DNA of 64,000 bases from a virus. The position numbers were made by a program, and so were the translations under genes. The stretch lies in IMG/VR virus record IMGVR_UViG_3300027782_000072, positions 1-64,000 of that record; one strand, 5' to 3'. The notes under the pieces are model-generated. The model did not search any database. It was given only the letters and a program-made list of their open reading frames with translations, and was not told where the DNA came from. Numbering within the stretch: position 1 is the stretch's first letter; each line of letters begins with the position of its first letter. Below, piece by piece: positions 9,377 through 19,896 of this stretch.

Positions 9377-9783
9377 TTGAGCGTCTTGAGGCAAATGCAA
9401 CCATAATAATTAACCAGTCCACAGATTGGACAGATATTTATTGTCGCATTGCTTCCCTTGGACTCTCTGACCCATTGTTCCACGCCTCCAGTTTCAAGCG
9501 AGTGCCAATTCGCTTAATTGTTGCCTTGCTTAATTTTCAGGCCAAAGAGAAGAAGCAGACAATTAATGCTCAAAGTATTAGCACTGCCAAGTTGGGCATG
9601 ATTGTCATTGCAGCACTTGCCGGAAAGAAGGCAAATGCTTCGCTTGCTGACTTCCTGCCTTTCGAGAGTGAAGCAGATCCAACTGGTCTTCAAGAATCAA
9701 CAATTGAAGCTTTGAAGTGGGCTTTAAAAAATCAAAAACTTCCTCCAGTTATAGTGGGCCTAATCGGTGTTGCACTTGGGTAG
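9364..9783 (+). CDS. tail assembly chaperone -1 frameshift extension (gpGT-like)
   Basis: -1 frame open from the heptamer through to 9783. Confidence 0.75.
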   Translation, partial: PKSLVERLEANATIIINQSTDWTDIYCRIASLGLSDPLFHASSFKRVPIRLIVALLNFQAKEKKQTINAQSISTAKLGMIVIAALAGKKANASLADFLPFESEADPTGLQESTIEALKWALKNQKLPPVIVGLIGVALG

Positions 9784-9824
9784 AATGCTAGATTATGGCT
9801 AACTGTTAAACAGACGTTGCTCCA

Positions 9825-10343
9825 ATGGCATATACACTGCGATTTGAAAGCAATGCAATGCAGCAAGATAATAGAATTCGACAATTTTTAGAACAACTGG
9901 CAATTTTTGGCCGCAATGTTAGACGAGTGGCACGTGCTGAAGTGCAAGAAGCTCGCATTAACGAGCTTCGCCAATTTTACGGAATATCCCAGAGAACATT
10001 TGGTCGAGCAATGGACTGGGCCGATAATGATTTTGATCAGCAAATTACTTCGGATCAATGGGACTGGAAGGGGCCAACTGGAAGGACTAAAAGGAGAAAC
10101 GGCCAAGTAGTTACTGAGCCACGTGACATTGTTGATAGTGGGACTCTACTAAGAAGCAAACAGCGCAATAATATCAATGGCTCCACTACTGAATTTACTT
10201 GGACAGCAAACCATGCCGAAGGTGTTCATGATGGCTATGTAGCCAGGGGAGGAGAACTTAATCCTGCTCGCCCATGGACAGAGCCGACACTACAGGAAAT
10301 TGATGAAGTGATCAATGAAATCGTTGCTCGGAGGGCTCAATAA
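9825..10343 (+). CDS. neck/tail component (HK97 gp10-like)
   Basis: RDIVDSGTLLRS and ARPW motifs. Confidence 0.55.
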   Translation: MAYTLRFESNAMQQDNRIRQFLEQLAIFGRNVRRVARAEVQEARINELRQFYGISQRTFGRAMDWADNDFDQQITSDQWDWKGPTGRTKRRNGQVVTEPRDIVDSGTLLRSKQRNNINGSTTEFTWTANHAEGVHDGYVARGGELNPARPWTEPTLQEIDEVINEIVARRAQ

Positions 10344-13300
10344 ATGACTTATTCAATTAATTTCTCTACTAATGCTGCCCAAGCTATTCGCGACATCCAG
10401 CGGATCAATCAGAGCATTGGAGATCTTGGAAGACTTGGCCAAAACATTCAAATCAATGTCAATACTGCACGATTAAGCGGAAACATTAGGGAGACATTTA
10501 GGCAACTCAATACTGAGATCGGCCGGATGGAGACAAGGCTGTCCAGATTGCAAATTGGCAGCAAAGCCTTTACGCAGATGAATGCAGCCATTGGCTACCG
10601 CCAGGGCCGCGTAGAGCGGGGTCAAATGATTGGCGAGCCATTGCGATTACGTGGACAGGCTCAGGCCTTTGGCGAGGGAACCTCTGTTCGTCTTAGCAAA
10701 GAATTGCAAGCCGCACAAGTTGAAGCCTCACAACTTGCTCCCAATACTGCACCATGGATTGAACTTCAGCAGCAAATTGGACGCATCAATACACAACTTC
10801 AACAAAGCAAAAAGTTAGCAGAAACTATTCAGATGAGGGAAAGCTTAGGAGCTTTCTCTCCCGGCAGTCTTGCGAGTTTGGAAACTAGATTAACAATCCT
10901 AAAAAATTCAGCAAGAAATATTTCTCCCGATACAGACCAGTGGAGAAAATTCAACGATCAAATACAACGTACGGAAAGATCCATTCAGAGAATCAATAGG
11001 AAGCCCTTGAGCGCTGGTCAGCGTCTAGGTGCGGCTGGCGGTGCATTTCTATATGGTGGCGGAATGGGAGGCGGTGCTGGCAGTGCTCTCGGTGGCATTG
11101 CTGGTGGTCTGATGGGAGGCGTACCTGGAGCTTTCACTGGAGCTGCTGTTGGTCAATTTGTTGACAATATGGGGCAGCAAACTGCTGCAATTGCAACCTT
11201 AGTTGCTGAGATTAATAAATCTAAAATTGCACTGGCAGGAGTTTCAACCAATGTTGATGACTACAATAAGTCAATTGCCTCTGCCACTGCAATTAGTAGC
11301 AAATTTCTTCTGCCAATTTCCGATGGCATCAAACAATTTACAAAGCTAAAAGCAAGTGTAGTTGGAGCAGGTTATAGCACCGAGGTAACTACAAAAGTCT
11401 TCAATGGTATTGCTGCAGCAATTATTGGAACAGGAGGATCAACTGAAGACTTAAATGGTGCATTGCTGGCCACTTCACAAGTATTTAGCAAGGGAAAAGT
11501 TAGTGCTGAAGAATTAAGAGGTCAAATTGGAGAAAGACTGCCTGGTGCATTTACTTTATTTGCAAAATCCATCGGAAAAACCCCCCAAGATCTTGATAAA
11601 CTTCTTCAAGATGGAAAAGTTGGTCTGAAAGATTTTATTAAATTTACAGATGAATTGAATGTAAAATTTGGAAAAACTGCTGAAACTCTTGCGGCTGCCC
11701 CTGAAAATGCTGGGCCACGTTTGAAGGTTGCATTGCAAGCTGCCGCTGTATCTTATGGTGGTTTGTTTCAAGTTATCGGTGCTGGATTCCAGAATTCAGT
11801 AAGTGATGTTATTAAATTTGCGCTTGTCAACGAAAGTTCAATCAAAAGAGTGGTTACAGTTTTTGCCATTGGTTTTAATACACTTGGCAAATTAGTTGTT
11901 GGTTTTGGAAAATTTTTAGTAGGTACATTTAATCTTGTCTTCACTCAGTTACTTGGTAGTCTTGACACAGTTCTTTCCAGAATTGAAAATGCGATTAATC
12001 GTGCCAAAGCAGTCGAAAGTTTAACTCCAGAAAAAATTACATCAATACAAAATCAAGCGAGAATTATTGCAGATAAGAGGTATCCAGGATTGCTTGCATC
12101 TGGAGAAAAAAGCACTTTTTACAATACCACCTTTAATAAATTAATTGATGAAGCGACTGGTGCCTCGAAAGAAGTTAAATATACTGATAAAATCAAAAAT
12201 ATTCTTTTTCCTGAATTCGATCCAACTCAATTTGGTGGCGGTACTCAGGGCAATGGAATGCCTGGTGGTGCTGCAAATACAAAAGGAGTGGAAGCGTTTG
12301 AAAAATTAAAAGATGATCTTGCCAAGGCTTATAACGAAGCTGAAATTGAACGTATTAAGAAACGTTTTGAACTGCAAAAACAATTGCAGCAAGATCAGTT
12401 TGATATGCAAGAGCTTGGCGCTAATCGCCTGCAAAAACAAAACTTAGCACTAATAAGAGCATTGATGGCGGCTGAGATAAGCAGGGCTGAAACTGTTCGC
12501 AATGCACGGCTAGAAGTGCAAAAACAGTCTGGAAAAGTTGCCGGTGGAGCCGGAGGCATTGCACAATATTACACTGGAGATCCGTCAAGCGCTAGTTATG
12601 ACAGGAGCCATGGCACAACAGGCAATTATCATGACCACCTGGCTTTTACTACTAGAGAAGCGGCAGTGGCGGCTTATGAAGCGCTAAAACTTGCTGGCAT
12701 TAAAGTTACAGAATTTCAGGGGTATGGACAAGGCGTTACTGGTGCCCATAGCGGCTCGGGCTCCCTCCACCACCAAGGATTGGCATTTGATGTGCCTGGT
12801 TATCAATGGGGAGGCAGTGGTGCTATTGGAGCAAGGGAATATGCTGGCTCAGCCCGTGTAAGACAGGCTGTTGGCATAAGCGGACCAGTTGGAGCAGGGC
12901 AGTTCCGCAAGGTGGGGGGAAATGAAAAGCGTGACATAATGGCGGAAGCCAATACGGGTATTGCTGCTCAAAATGCGCAACAGGCTGCATTTGATGCAAA
13001 TATTCTTAAGTCCTCGGAAGTAATGAAGGCATTTGCACAGTATGCAAGTGAAGCATACAATGTTCCAGACTTGAAACTTTCAAATGACTTACTCAAGCTC
13101 CGCAATGATTTAACTTCTCAAGGAATGGGTCCTGAGCAAATTGACTATCAAGTTCGTTTGCATGAAATTGAACAACAAAGACAGGATTTACTATCTCGCC
13201 TTCCCGCAGCAGAGGACAAGGCAAAACTATCTATTGCGTTACGGCAGGCTGGACTTGCAGCTTTAACTAAGGTAACTAAAGAAGCCACTGCTGAGGAAAA

Positions 13301-14135
13301 ACGCAAAAATGATGAAACATTAAAAGGATTGCTTATTGCAGCACAAACACAACAAGCTGATCGTCTTGCAATGGCACAAGCTATTTCTCCTGATGCTGAA
13401 ATGCGCTTGCGTCTTGAACAGACATATCCAGGACAAAGTAAGGCAAGTATTGATAATCTTTTCGCCACTGAAAAAGCAATTGCTAAAGCCGAAGAATTGA
13501 AGACTGCCTTCCAGGGTGTTGCATCAGCTATTGGTGATTCCTTTGGTCAAGCTTTTAAGGGAGTGGTATCAGGCTCCATGACAGCGCAGGAAGCATTGTC
13601 TCAAATGTTCCAAAGTATTGCCAGTTCTTTCATGGATATGGTTGCACAAATGATTGCTTCATGGATAAAAGCACAAGCCATCAAAGGAATAGCAAGTTTG
13701 ATTGGAATGATAATTCCAGGATTTGGAACTACAGCCTCGCCAGGCGGATTGGAAGGTGTAAATATGGGAGCAGTAAATCAATATTCAGCACCGCTAGGTT
13801 ATGCAAATGGTGGTGTTATCTCCGGTGGCTTTCGTGCCTTTGCCTCTGGAGGCGTTGTCTCAGGCCCCACGCTTGGCCTTGTAGGCGAAGGGCGTTACAA
13901 TGAGGCAGTTATTCCTCTACCAGACGGCAAGAGTGTCCCGGTGGACCTCGGCGGCATGGGCGGCGGGGGTCAAATCACTAGTAACATTGTTGTCAACGTT
14001 AATTCCGATGGTCAAAGTCAAAGTCAACAATCGGGCAATGGTTCTGCAGAACTTGGCAAGAAAATTGAAGGCGCTGTCAAGCAAGTTATCGTTGGCGAAC
14101 TCCGTCCTGGTGGCCTCCTAGCAGGTAGACGATAA
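10344..14135 (+). CDS. tape measure protein
   Basis: 1263 aa, helical; SQVFSKGKVSAEELRGQIGERLPGA tape-measure motif; C-terminal FASGGVV..PT...VGE...EAVIPL. Confidence 0.95.
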   Translation: MTYSINFSTNAAQAIRDIQRINQSIGDLGRLGQNIQINVNTARLSGNIRETFRQLNTEIGRMETRLSRLQIGSKAFTQMNAAIGYRQGRVERGQMIGEPLRLRGQAQAFGEGTSVRLSKELQAAQVEASQLAPNTAPWIELQQQIGRINTQLQQSKKLAETIQMRESLGAFSPGSLASLETRLTILKNSARNISPDTDQWRKFNDQIQRTERSIQRINRKPLSAGQRLGAAGGAFLYGGGMGGGAGSALGGIAGGLMGGVPGAFTGAAVGQFVDNMGQQTAAIATLVAEINKSKIALAGVSTNVDDYNKSIASATAISSKFLLPISDGIKQFTKLKASVVGAGYSTEVTTKVFNGIAAAIIGTGGSTEDLNGALLATSQVFSKGKVSAEELRGQIGERLPGAFTLFAKSIGKTPQDLDKLLQDGKVGLKDFIKFTDELNVKFGKTAETLAAAPENAGPRLKVALQAAAVSYGGLFQVIGAGFQNSVSDVIKFALVNESSIKRVVTVFAIGFNTLGKLVVGFGKFLVGTFNLVFTQLLGSLDTVLSRIENAINRAKAVESLTPEKITSIQNQARIIADKRYPGLLASGEKSTFYNTTFNKLIDEATGASKEVKYTDKIKNILFPEFDPTQFGGGTQGNGMPGGAANTKGVEAFEKLKDDLAKAYNEAEIERIKKRFELQKQLQQDQFDMQELGANRLQKQNLALIRALMAAEISRAETVRNARLEVQKQSGKVAGGAGGIAQYYTGDPSSASYDRSHGTTGNYHDHLAFTTREAAVAAYEALKLAGIKVTEFQGYGQGVTGAHSGSGSLHHQGLAFDVPGYQWGGSGAIGAREYAGSARVRQAVGISGPVGAGQFRKVGGNEKRDIMAEANTGIAAQNAQQAAFDANILKSSEVMKAFAQYASEAYNVPDLKLSNDLLKLRNDLTSQGMGPEQIDYQVRLHEIEQQRQDLLSRLPAAEDKAKLSIALRQAGLAALTKVTKEATAEEKRKNDETLKGLLIAAQTQQADRLAMAQAISPDAEMRLRLEQTYPGQSKASIDNLFATEKAIAKAEELKTAFQGVASAIGDSFGQAFKGVVSGSMTAQEALSQMFQSIASSFMDMVAQMIASWIKAQAIKGIASLIGMIIPGFGTTASPGGLEGVNMGAVNQYSAPLGYANGGVISGGFRAFASGGVVSGPTLGLVGEGRYNEAVIPLPDGKSVPVDLGGMGGGGQITSNIVVNVNSDGQSQSQQSGNGSAELGKKIEGAVKQVIVGELRPGGLLAGRR

Positions 14136-14488
14136 TGGCGCAACCAACTTTTGCACTGCCCTGTGAATATGGACTAACTGTCCAACGCGGCAATCGCACG
14201 CTCAAAAATAGTTTTGGCGATGGATATGAGCAAGTGAGTCCAGATGGCATTAACACTGATGTTAGGAAGTACCAAATTGACACTGCCCCCATTGCTGACT
14301 CCACTGCCATTGCGCTAGATAAACAACTCTCTGCTCTTGCTGGAGACTTCTTCTATTCACAATTCTTCATGGACGATCAAATGTATAAATATCGTCTCGA
14401 TCCAAATCAATGGCAATGGAAAATCATGGGGCCAGATAATAATACTTTTTCGTTTGCCGTGAGGAGGATTTATGACACTAGAAGCTGA
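14135..14488 (+). CDS. minor tail protein (lambda gpM-like)
   Basis: FGDGYEQ..PDGIN motif. Confidence 0.85.
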   Translation: MAQPTFALPCEYGLTVQRGNRTLKNSFGDGYEQVSPDGINTDVRKYQIDTAPIADSTAIALDKQLSALAGDFFYSQFFMDDQMYKYRLDPNQWQWKIMGPDNNTFSFAVRRIYDTRS

Positions 14489-15638
14489 CGTACAGAAAGG
14501 CTGGCACAGTGCCATTGTCGAGATGTTTGATATTGACCTTACTGCCATCACTGGCGACGCGCAGGATATTTTCTACTTCACCAATCAACTCAAGCCCGAC
14601 GAAACTAAAATTCAATGGAAGGGCAACATTTACGAGCCTCTCCCATTGCTCTCTAGTGGTTACGAAACAAATACCACTGGACAAATTGCGCAGCCAACAT
14701 TGACTGTTGCCAATATTCTTGGCACCTTCACTGACGTGGTGGAGAACTTAGAGGACTTGGTTGGTGGCAAAGTTACGAGGCGACGCACGTTTGCAAAGTA
14801 TTTAGATGGCGAGCCCGAGGCTGACACTCTGCAGGAATTTCCCATTGATATTTATTACATTGAGCGCAAAACTGAAGAAACAGTTATAAGTATCACGTGG
14901 CAGCTTGGAAGCGTAATGGACCTCGAAGGCTTGCAACTTCCTCGTCGAGTGATCACGCAAAATCATTGCCTGTGGAAATATAGAGGCAGTGAATGTGGCT
15001 ATGTGGGAGCACCAGTATTTAATGTGAATGATGAAGTGATTTCCACTGCTGGACTATCTGCTCAAGCTGTTACAGTAATTAATGCTTGGACGCTGAATGA
15101 ACAACGCAAGTCTGAATATAACAATGCCGTATCAATAAGAAATAAAGCATTTGAAACGCAGCAAAATGAATGTGATTCCAACGTAAAAATTGAAACTAAA
15201 TACAGCGGAACAGCACCGGAATCGTATGTGGTAAGCAGCAGCAGTTTGTATTCCTTTGCCAATGCCTTCTGGGATGGCGCAGAAGTATCGCTGGGTCAGT
15301 TTTACAGGCAGGGAATACTGCGAGAGAGTCCAACGGGCGATGGCGATAGGTTTGATCTTGGCATTGAATATTATGAAATAGAACGATGGGGCGGAGATCC
15401 AGCACGTTGTAGCGCCGCAAACACTGCCCTGTCCAATGCCAACGCAGCACTTGCCACTGCCACTAGCAACTACAACGCTTCCCAGGCGGCACTCACAGCG
15501 GCTCTAGCAGCTCTTCCGGCTCTTGACCCATTATGGAATATTGACGTGTGTGGCAAGCGCGTGAGGAGCTGTCAGTTGCACTTTCCAGGCGAATCCATTC
15601 CTTTCGGCGGCTTTCCAGGGGCCAATTTGTCACGATGA
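14472..15638 (+). CDS. minor tail protein L (lambda gpL-like) with internal insertion
   Basis: VTRRRTFAKYLD, LPRRVI...C.W.YRG.ECGY, D.CGKR...C..HF, PFGGFPG. Confidence 0.9.
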   Translation: MTLEADVQKGWHSAIVEMFDIDLTAITGDAQDIFYFTNQLKPDETKIQWKGNIYEPLPLLSSGYETNTTGQIAQPTLTVANILGTFTDVVENLEDLVGGKVTRRRTFAKYLDGEPEADTLQEFPIDIYYIERKTEETVISITWQLGSVMDLEGLQLPRRVITQNHCLWKYRGSECGYVGAPVFNVNDEVISTAGLSAQAVTVINAWTLNEQRKSEYNNAVSIRNKAFETQQNECDSNVKIETKYSGTAPESYVVSSSSLYSFANAFWDGAEVSLGQFYRQGILRESPTGDGDRFDLGIEYYEIERWGGDPARCSAANTALSNANAALATATSNYNASQAALTAALAALPALDPLWNIDVCGKRVRSCQLHFPGESIPFGGFPGANLSR

Positions 15639-16348
15639 ATTTTTCCTTTAGTCACCTACATGCAGAGATGAAAATCTATGCACTCAAGCAGTTTCCAGAG
15701 GAGGCATGCGGATTGATTGTTAATGACAAATTTATCCCATGCAAAAATGTTCACTTTGAGCCGCTCACTAATTTTGCCATTGATGCGAAAGCCTATGCAA
15801 AGGCGGAAAAGAAGGGCACTATTCAAGCAGTCTTTCATTCTCATCCCGGCAAGCTAAATACTTTCAGCATGCACGATATTCAATCCTGCAAAGAAAGTAA
15901 TTTGCCATGGGTGATGTATTGCACGGTCACTGGAGAATGGTTTGAAATTGATCCCTTCGGCAATGCACCGTACATTGGAAGGCGATGGCAGTATGGCATT
16001 TACGATTGCTACTCTTTGTTTAGAGATTTTTATCGTCGTGAATTTAACATTGCTCTCGATGATTTTAGTCGAGGGGAAGAAGGAGAATGGACGAGGCCTG
16101 AATGGCGCATGTTTGAGAAGAACGTAGAACGGCAAGGTTTTGTTGATATTGAAGGGCCATTACGCAGAGGCGACATGCTGCTCATGCAAATGCAATCATC
16201 TTTCATCAACCACGCTGGTTTCATTGCCATTCCAGAGCGCAATGTTTTCTACCAGCACTTAACCGACAGACTCTCAGAAGAAAGTATCTATGGGGGATAT
16301 TGGGCTAAAGTAACGAATAGGATCATGCGACACAAGGAGCTGCTGTGA
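15635..16348 (+). CDS. tail assembly protein K (JAB/MPN + NlpC/P60)
   Basis: EACGLI, HSHP...S..D, DCYSL.RDFY, NHAG motifs. Confidence 0.9.
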   Translation: MNFSFSHLHAEMKIYALKQFPEEACGLIVNDKFIPCKNVHFEPLTNFAIDAKAYAKAEKKGTIQAVFHSHPGKLNTFSMHDIQSCKESNLPWVMYCTVTGEWFEIDPFGNAPYIGRRWQYGIYDCYSLFRDFYRREFNIALDDFSRGEEGEWTRPEWRMFEKNVERQGFVDIEGPLRRGDMLLMQMQSSFINHAGFIAIPERNVFYQHLTDRLSEESIYGGYWAKVTNRIMRHKELL

Positions 16349-16977
16349 TGCAACTAGTAGAAGTCAGCCTTCTTGGCGAATTAGGGCGTAAATTTGGTCG
16401 TAAGTACTCTTTTATGGCGACTTCGCCCAAGGATATTTTTTCGGCATTGTGCAATCAATTAGAGGGCTTCAAGGAATACATGAGCAATGCGCATGAAAAT
16501 GGCATTGGTTTTCGTCTTGTTGACGGTGACCCGGAAGGCATGGACTATGCCAATCTGCTCATGGGATGCAGAAAGCTTATCATCGCCCCCATTGTTTCTG
16601 GCGGTGGAACTATTGGCCGTATTTTGATTGGCGTGGCGCTAGTTGCCCTGGCATTTATTCCCATTGCTGGACAGGCGGCATTTGCCGGATATGTTGCAGC
16701 AAATGCTGCTGCGGGAACGGCTGCTGGTTTTGCGGTTGGCAGCAGTATTTTATTCTCATTGGGAACAAGTTTAGTGCTTAGCGGTGTTGCCAGTCTGCTT
16801 ACTCCACCAGTCAGCAATCCCAAAAGCGACACTGACAAAAAAGATAGTTTCTTGTTTGACCGAGCAGCAGAACTTACCACGCAAGGCAATCCAGTGCCAA
16901 TTCTTTATGGACGTTTCCTGGCTGGCAGTCCCTTGGTTATTAGCTCTGCAATTACCACTCAACAAGTGCCCGTTTGA
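16345..16977 (+). CDS. tail assembly protein I
   Basis: L.GELG.KFG N-terminus, QGNPVPILYG C-terminus. Confidence 0.9.
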   Translation: MMQLVEVSLLGELGRKFGRKYSFMATSPKDIFSALCNQLEGFKEYMSNAHENGIGFRLVDGDPEGMDYANLLMGCRKLIIAPIVSGGGTIGRILIGVALVALAFIPIAGQAAFAGYVAANAAAGTAAGFAVGSSILFSLGTSLVLSGVASLLTPPVSNPKSDTDKKDSFLFDRAAELTTQGNPVPILYGRFLAGSPLVISSAITTQQVPV

Positions 16978-19088
16978 TGGAGAATTCAAGCTTACAAAAG
17001 AAGAACGGTGGTTGGACAACTGTCATCACTGGAGGGGGAAAAGGCGGCGGCAAGAAACCTACTGAAGACGCCGAGTCCCTAAGAAGCAGGTCAGAAGCCG
17101 TCTTTGTAGCAATACTGTCCGAGGGCGAAGTACGGGGTTTCGAGGATGGCGTGGATCCGCTCACTCGCATCTACTTGGATGACGTGCCAATCAAAAATAA
17201 AGATGGAAGCTATAACTATACGATTAATGGTTTCTTCACTGGCTCTCCGGCATCTGCGCTTGGCAAGGGAAGTTTAATTCCGGCCATTTCCACTTCTATT
17301 CCATTGTTACAACGAACTAACGCAACTGGCGCAGTCGATTCAATTGTTGTTGACTACCGAGTGGGCACTCAAAATCAAGATCCCATGCCGGGCTTTGATG
17401 ACATCAAGGCAGAGCAGGGCGTAAATATTAAATTGTCAAGCGTCACTGGACCAATCACTAGAGTTACGACTAGCAATATTTTTACAAGACTTCGCGTGAG
17501 GATGGGTGTCGGTAGTTTGTTCAAAATTAACAAAGACAGTGGAGACGTAAAAGGAAGTGACGTAACTTTCAACATCAGAATTAGACCAGAGGGGGGATCA
17601 GATATTTTCAATGAAAACAAAACTATCAGTGGCAAATCACGCGGTCCTGTTGATTTTGAATATGAATATGCGCTAACTGGTAATGGTCCCTGGTTAGTGA
17701 CGGTGCAACGCATTACGCCAGATCCCGCCACTACTGCCACGAGCGACGACCTTTATTTCAAGGCTATTGTCGGCATTGTTGATCAATCTTTCCGCTATCC
17801 CAATACAGCACTATTTGGCTTGAAAATTGGCGCCGAGAATTTCTCTTCCGTGCCCAAAGTTGCTATTGACATGTTGGGAACAAAAGTAAAAATTCCTGGC
17901 AATTACGACCCCATTGCTCGTTCATATAGTGGCATTTGGAATGGAGTGTTTAAAACTGAATACAGCAACAATCCTGCATGGATTTTTTATGATTTGCTTA
18001 CTAATAGTCGCTATGGATGTGGGCAATTTATTGACGAAAGTCAAGTGGATAGATATAGTCTTTATTCCATCGCTCAATATTGCGACGAACTAGTGCCCGA
18101 TGGCAAGGGAGGAATGGAACCGCGCTTAACATTTAATGCTTATGTGACGGACAGAGGGGAGGCTTACGACGTGCTGAACAGTCTTGCTGCTGCATTTCGT
18201 GGCATGTTGTATTTTGCCGAAGGCAGCGTTGTTGCCATCCAAGACAGGCCCAAGGCAATCAGTAAGATTTTCTCTCCAGCCAATGTCATTCAAGAAACGG
18301 ATGACAATGGCAATGTAAGTACGCCACCATTTAACTACGAAGGCACGGCCCGCAAAGCACGCAAGACTGTTGCTCTAGTGAGCTGGAATGACCCAGACGA
18401 TTCCTACAAGAGCAAGATTGAATATGTGGAGGACGCGCCCGGCATTGACCGCTACGGCTACCACGAGACGGAGGTGAGGGCGTTTGGCACCACTTCTCAG
18501 GGGCAGGCGCAACGTGTTGGACGGTGGATCCTAACCACAAACCAACTGGAAACTGAAACTGTCACCTTCAAGACTGGCACCGAAGGATTCTTTGTCCTTC
18601 CTGGTGAAATCATTGGCGTGGCAGATCCAGCAAAGGGAGGAAAGCGCTATGGGGGAAGAGTGGTGAGTGCCACGACTTCCGAAATCATTCTCGATCAGGA
18701 ATTTACCATTACAGGCGGCAAGTCTTATTCGCTGTCAACAATGCTGCCCAATGGCACGCTCGAAACTCGTGCTGTCATTAATTCTCCAGGAGATTTTGCC
18801 GCAATTGCCGTGAGCCCTGCTTTCTCCATCGCTCCCGAATCCAGCGCTCCGTGGGTGATGCAAGAAGACGCCGAAGGCATTCGTACTTTCAGGGTGATTT
18901 CCTTGACGGAGAACGATGGGAAAATAACAGTGCTGGCATCTCTTTATGACGAGAGTAAATTTAGCACCACTGACAATGCCACTGTCCTTAGCAAGCCTCG
19001 CATATCTCTTGCCACCACTCAAATTGTGCCGCAAGTAATAAATGGTAGCATTATCTTAGGCGTACCTTCTGACACGGCTCCCGCATAA
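16974..19088 (+). CDS. tail tip/host specificity protein J (short form)
   Basis: LSEGEV.G, YPNTA, NNPAW..YDLL...RYG, YCDELVPDG.GG.EPR motifs. Confidence 0.9.
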   Translation: MMENSSLQKKNGGWTTVITGGGKGGGKKPTEDAESLRSRSEAVFVAILSEGEVRGFEDGVDPLTRIYLDDVPIKNKDGSYNYTINGFFTGSPASALGKGSLIPAISTSIPLLQRTNATGAVDSIVVDYRVGTQNQDPMPGFDDIKAEQGVNIKLSSVTGPITRVTTSNIFTRLRVRMGVGSLFKINKDSGDVKGSDVTFNIRIRPEGGSDIFNENKTISGKSRGPVDFEYEYALTGNGPWLVTVQRITPDPATTATSDDLYFKAIVGIVDQSFRYPNTALFGLKIGAENFSSVPKVAIDMLGTKVKIPGNYDPIARSYSGIWNGVFKTEYSNNPAWIFYDLLTNSRYGCGQFIDESQVDRYSLYSIAQYCDELVPDGKGGMEPRLTFNAYVTDRGEAYDVLNSLAAAFRGMLYFAEGSVVAIQDRPKAISKIFSPANVIQETDDNGNVSTPPFNYEGTARKARKTVALVSWNDPDDSYKSKIEYVEDAPGIDRYGYHETEVRAFGTTSQGQAQRVGRWILTTNQLETETVTFKTGTEGFFVLPGEIIGVADPAKGGKRYGGRVVSATTSEIILDQEFTITGGKSYSLSTMLPNGTLETRAVINSPGDFAAIAVSPAFSIAPESSAPWVMQEDAEGIRTFRVISLTENDGKITVLASLYDESKFSTTDNATVLSKPRISLATTQIVPQVINGSIILGVPSDTAPA

Positions 19089-19486
19089 TGGCTCAAAATG
19101 AAGTGTCGTGGAAGTTTCCACAGTATTCCGGCTATTCCATTCTCAATGCGGCCATTCACCCATTGATCTGCTGGAATCCAGTACAGAACAATCCATTGAT
19201 TGCTGCTTTTGAAGTGGCATATTTGGACATTGAAAACAATTTATGGATTGACCTGGGCCGCACATCAACAAATTACATTCGTTTCCCATCGGACGATTAC
19301 AATGCGGAAGCCGTTTATCAGATTAGAGTTGCTACAATTGGCGTTAATGGCACTCGTTCCCCCTATTCATATAGTACGGTTACGCTGTCCAGCCCGTTGT
19401 GCTTTAACTTTACGGCTAGTCAGACAGTAGTATTGGCTAATGGCACGCAAGTGCAAAATCAGCGCTATCTCTTCCTCGTTCTTTAA
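19088..19486 (+). CDS. FN3-like tail tip protein
   Basis: W.....Y..RV..IG.NG.RS pattern; follows the short J gene. Confidence 0.55.
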   Translation: MAQNEVSWKFPQYSGYSILNAAIHPLICWNPVQNNPLIAAFEVAYLDIENNLWIDLGRTSTNYIRFPSDDYNAEAVYQIRVATIGVNGTRSPYSYSTVTLSSPLCFNFTASQTVVLANGTQVQNQRYLFLVL

Positions 19487-19488
19487 GC

Positions 19489-19896
19489 ATGGCTAATCTT
19501 TACGGACTTGACGCTGGCGGCAACGCAGCTTATGTAAAGGCTACTGGCGCTGGTTCCAATGGCGATCCGTTCCTCGTGCAGAACGATGCGTTTACCACAC
19601 AACTGAAGAGTGCCTTCATTTCAGCTTCTGGTAATGCTGATGTTGTCGCATTGGTTAGTAGCACGAAGCTTCGCGTGATGTCGATGGCAGTAACCTCGCT
19701 GTCTGGCTGCACGGTGAAGATTCAGAGTGGAGGTTCCACTGACAAGACTCCTCCGTTTCACATTGCGGCCAATGGCAATCTGACGCTCTCAAACAGTCTT
19801 GGCATTTTTGAAAGCAACATTGGTGAAAAGCTTAATGCTGTGGTAAGTGGCACCACCATTTATACGGTGATGCTCTCCTATCGCGAAGTGGTATGA
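19489..19896 (+). CDS. virion structural protein
   Basis: Beta-rich ORF coupled within the tail operon. Confidence 0.6.
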   Translation: MANLYGLDAGGNAAYVKATGAGSNGDPFLVQNDAFTTQLKSAFISASGNADVVALVSSTKLRVMSMAVTSLSGCTVKIQSGGSTDKTPPFHIAANGNLTLSNSLGIFESNIGEKLNAVVSGTTIYTVMLSYREVV

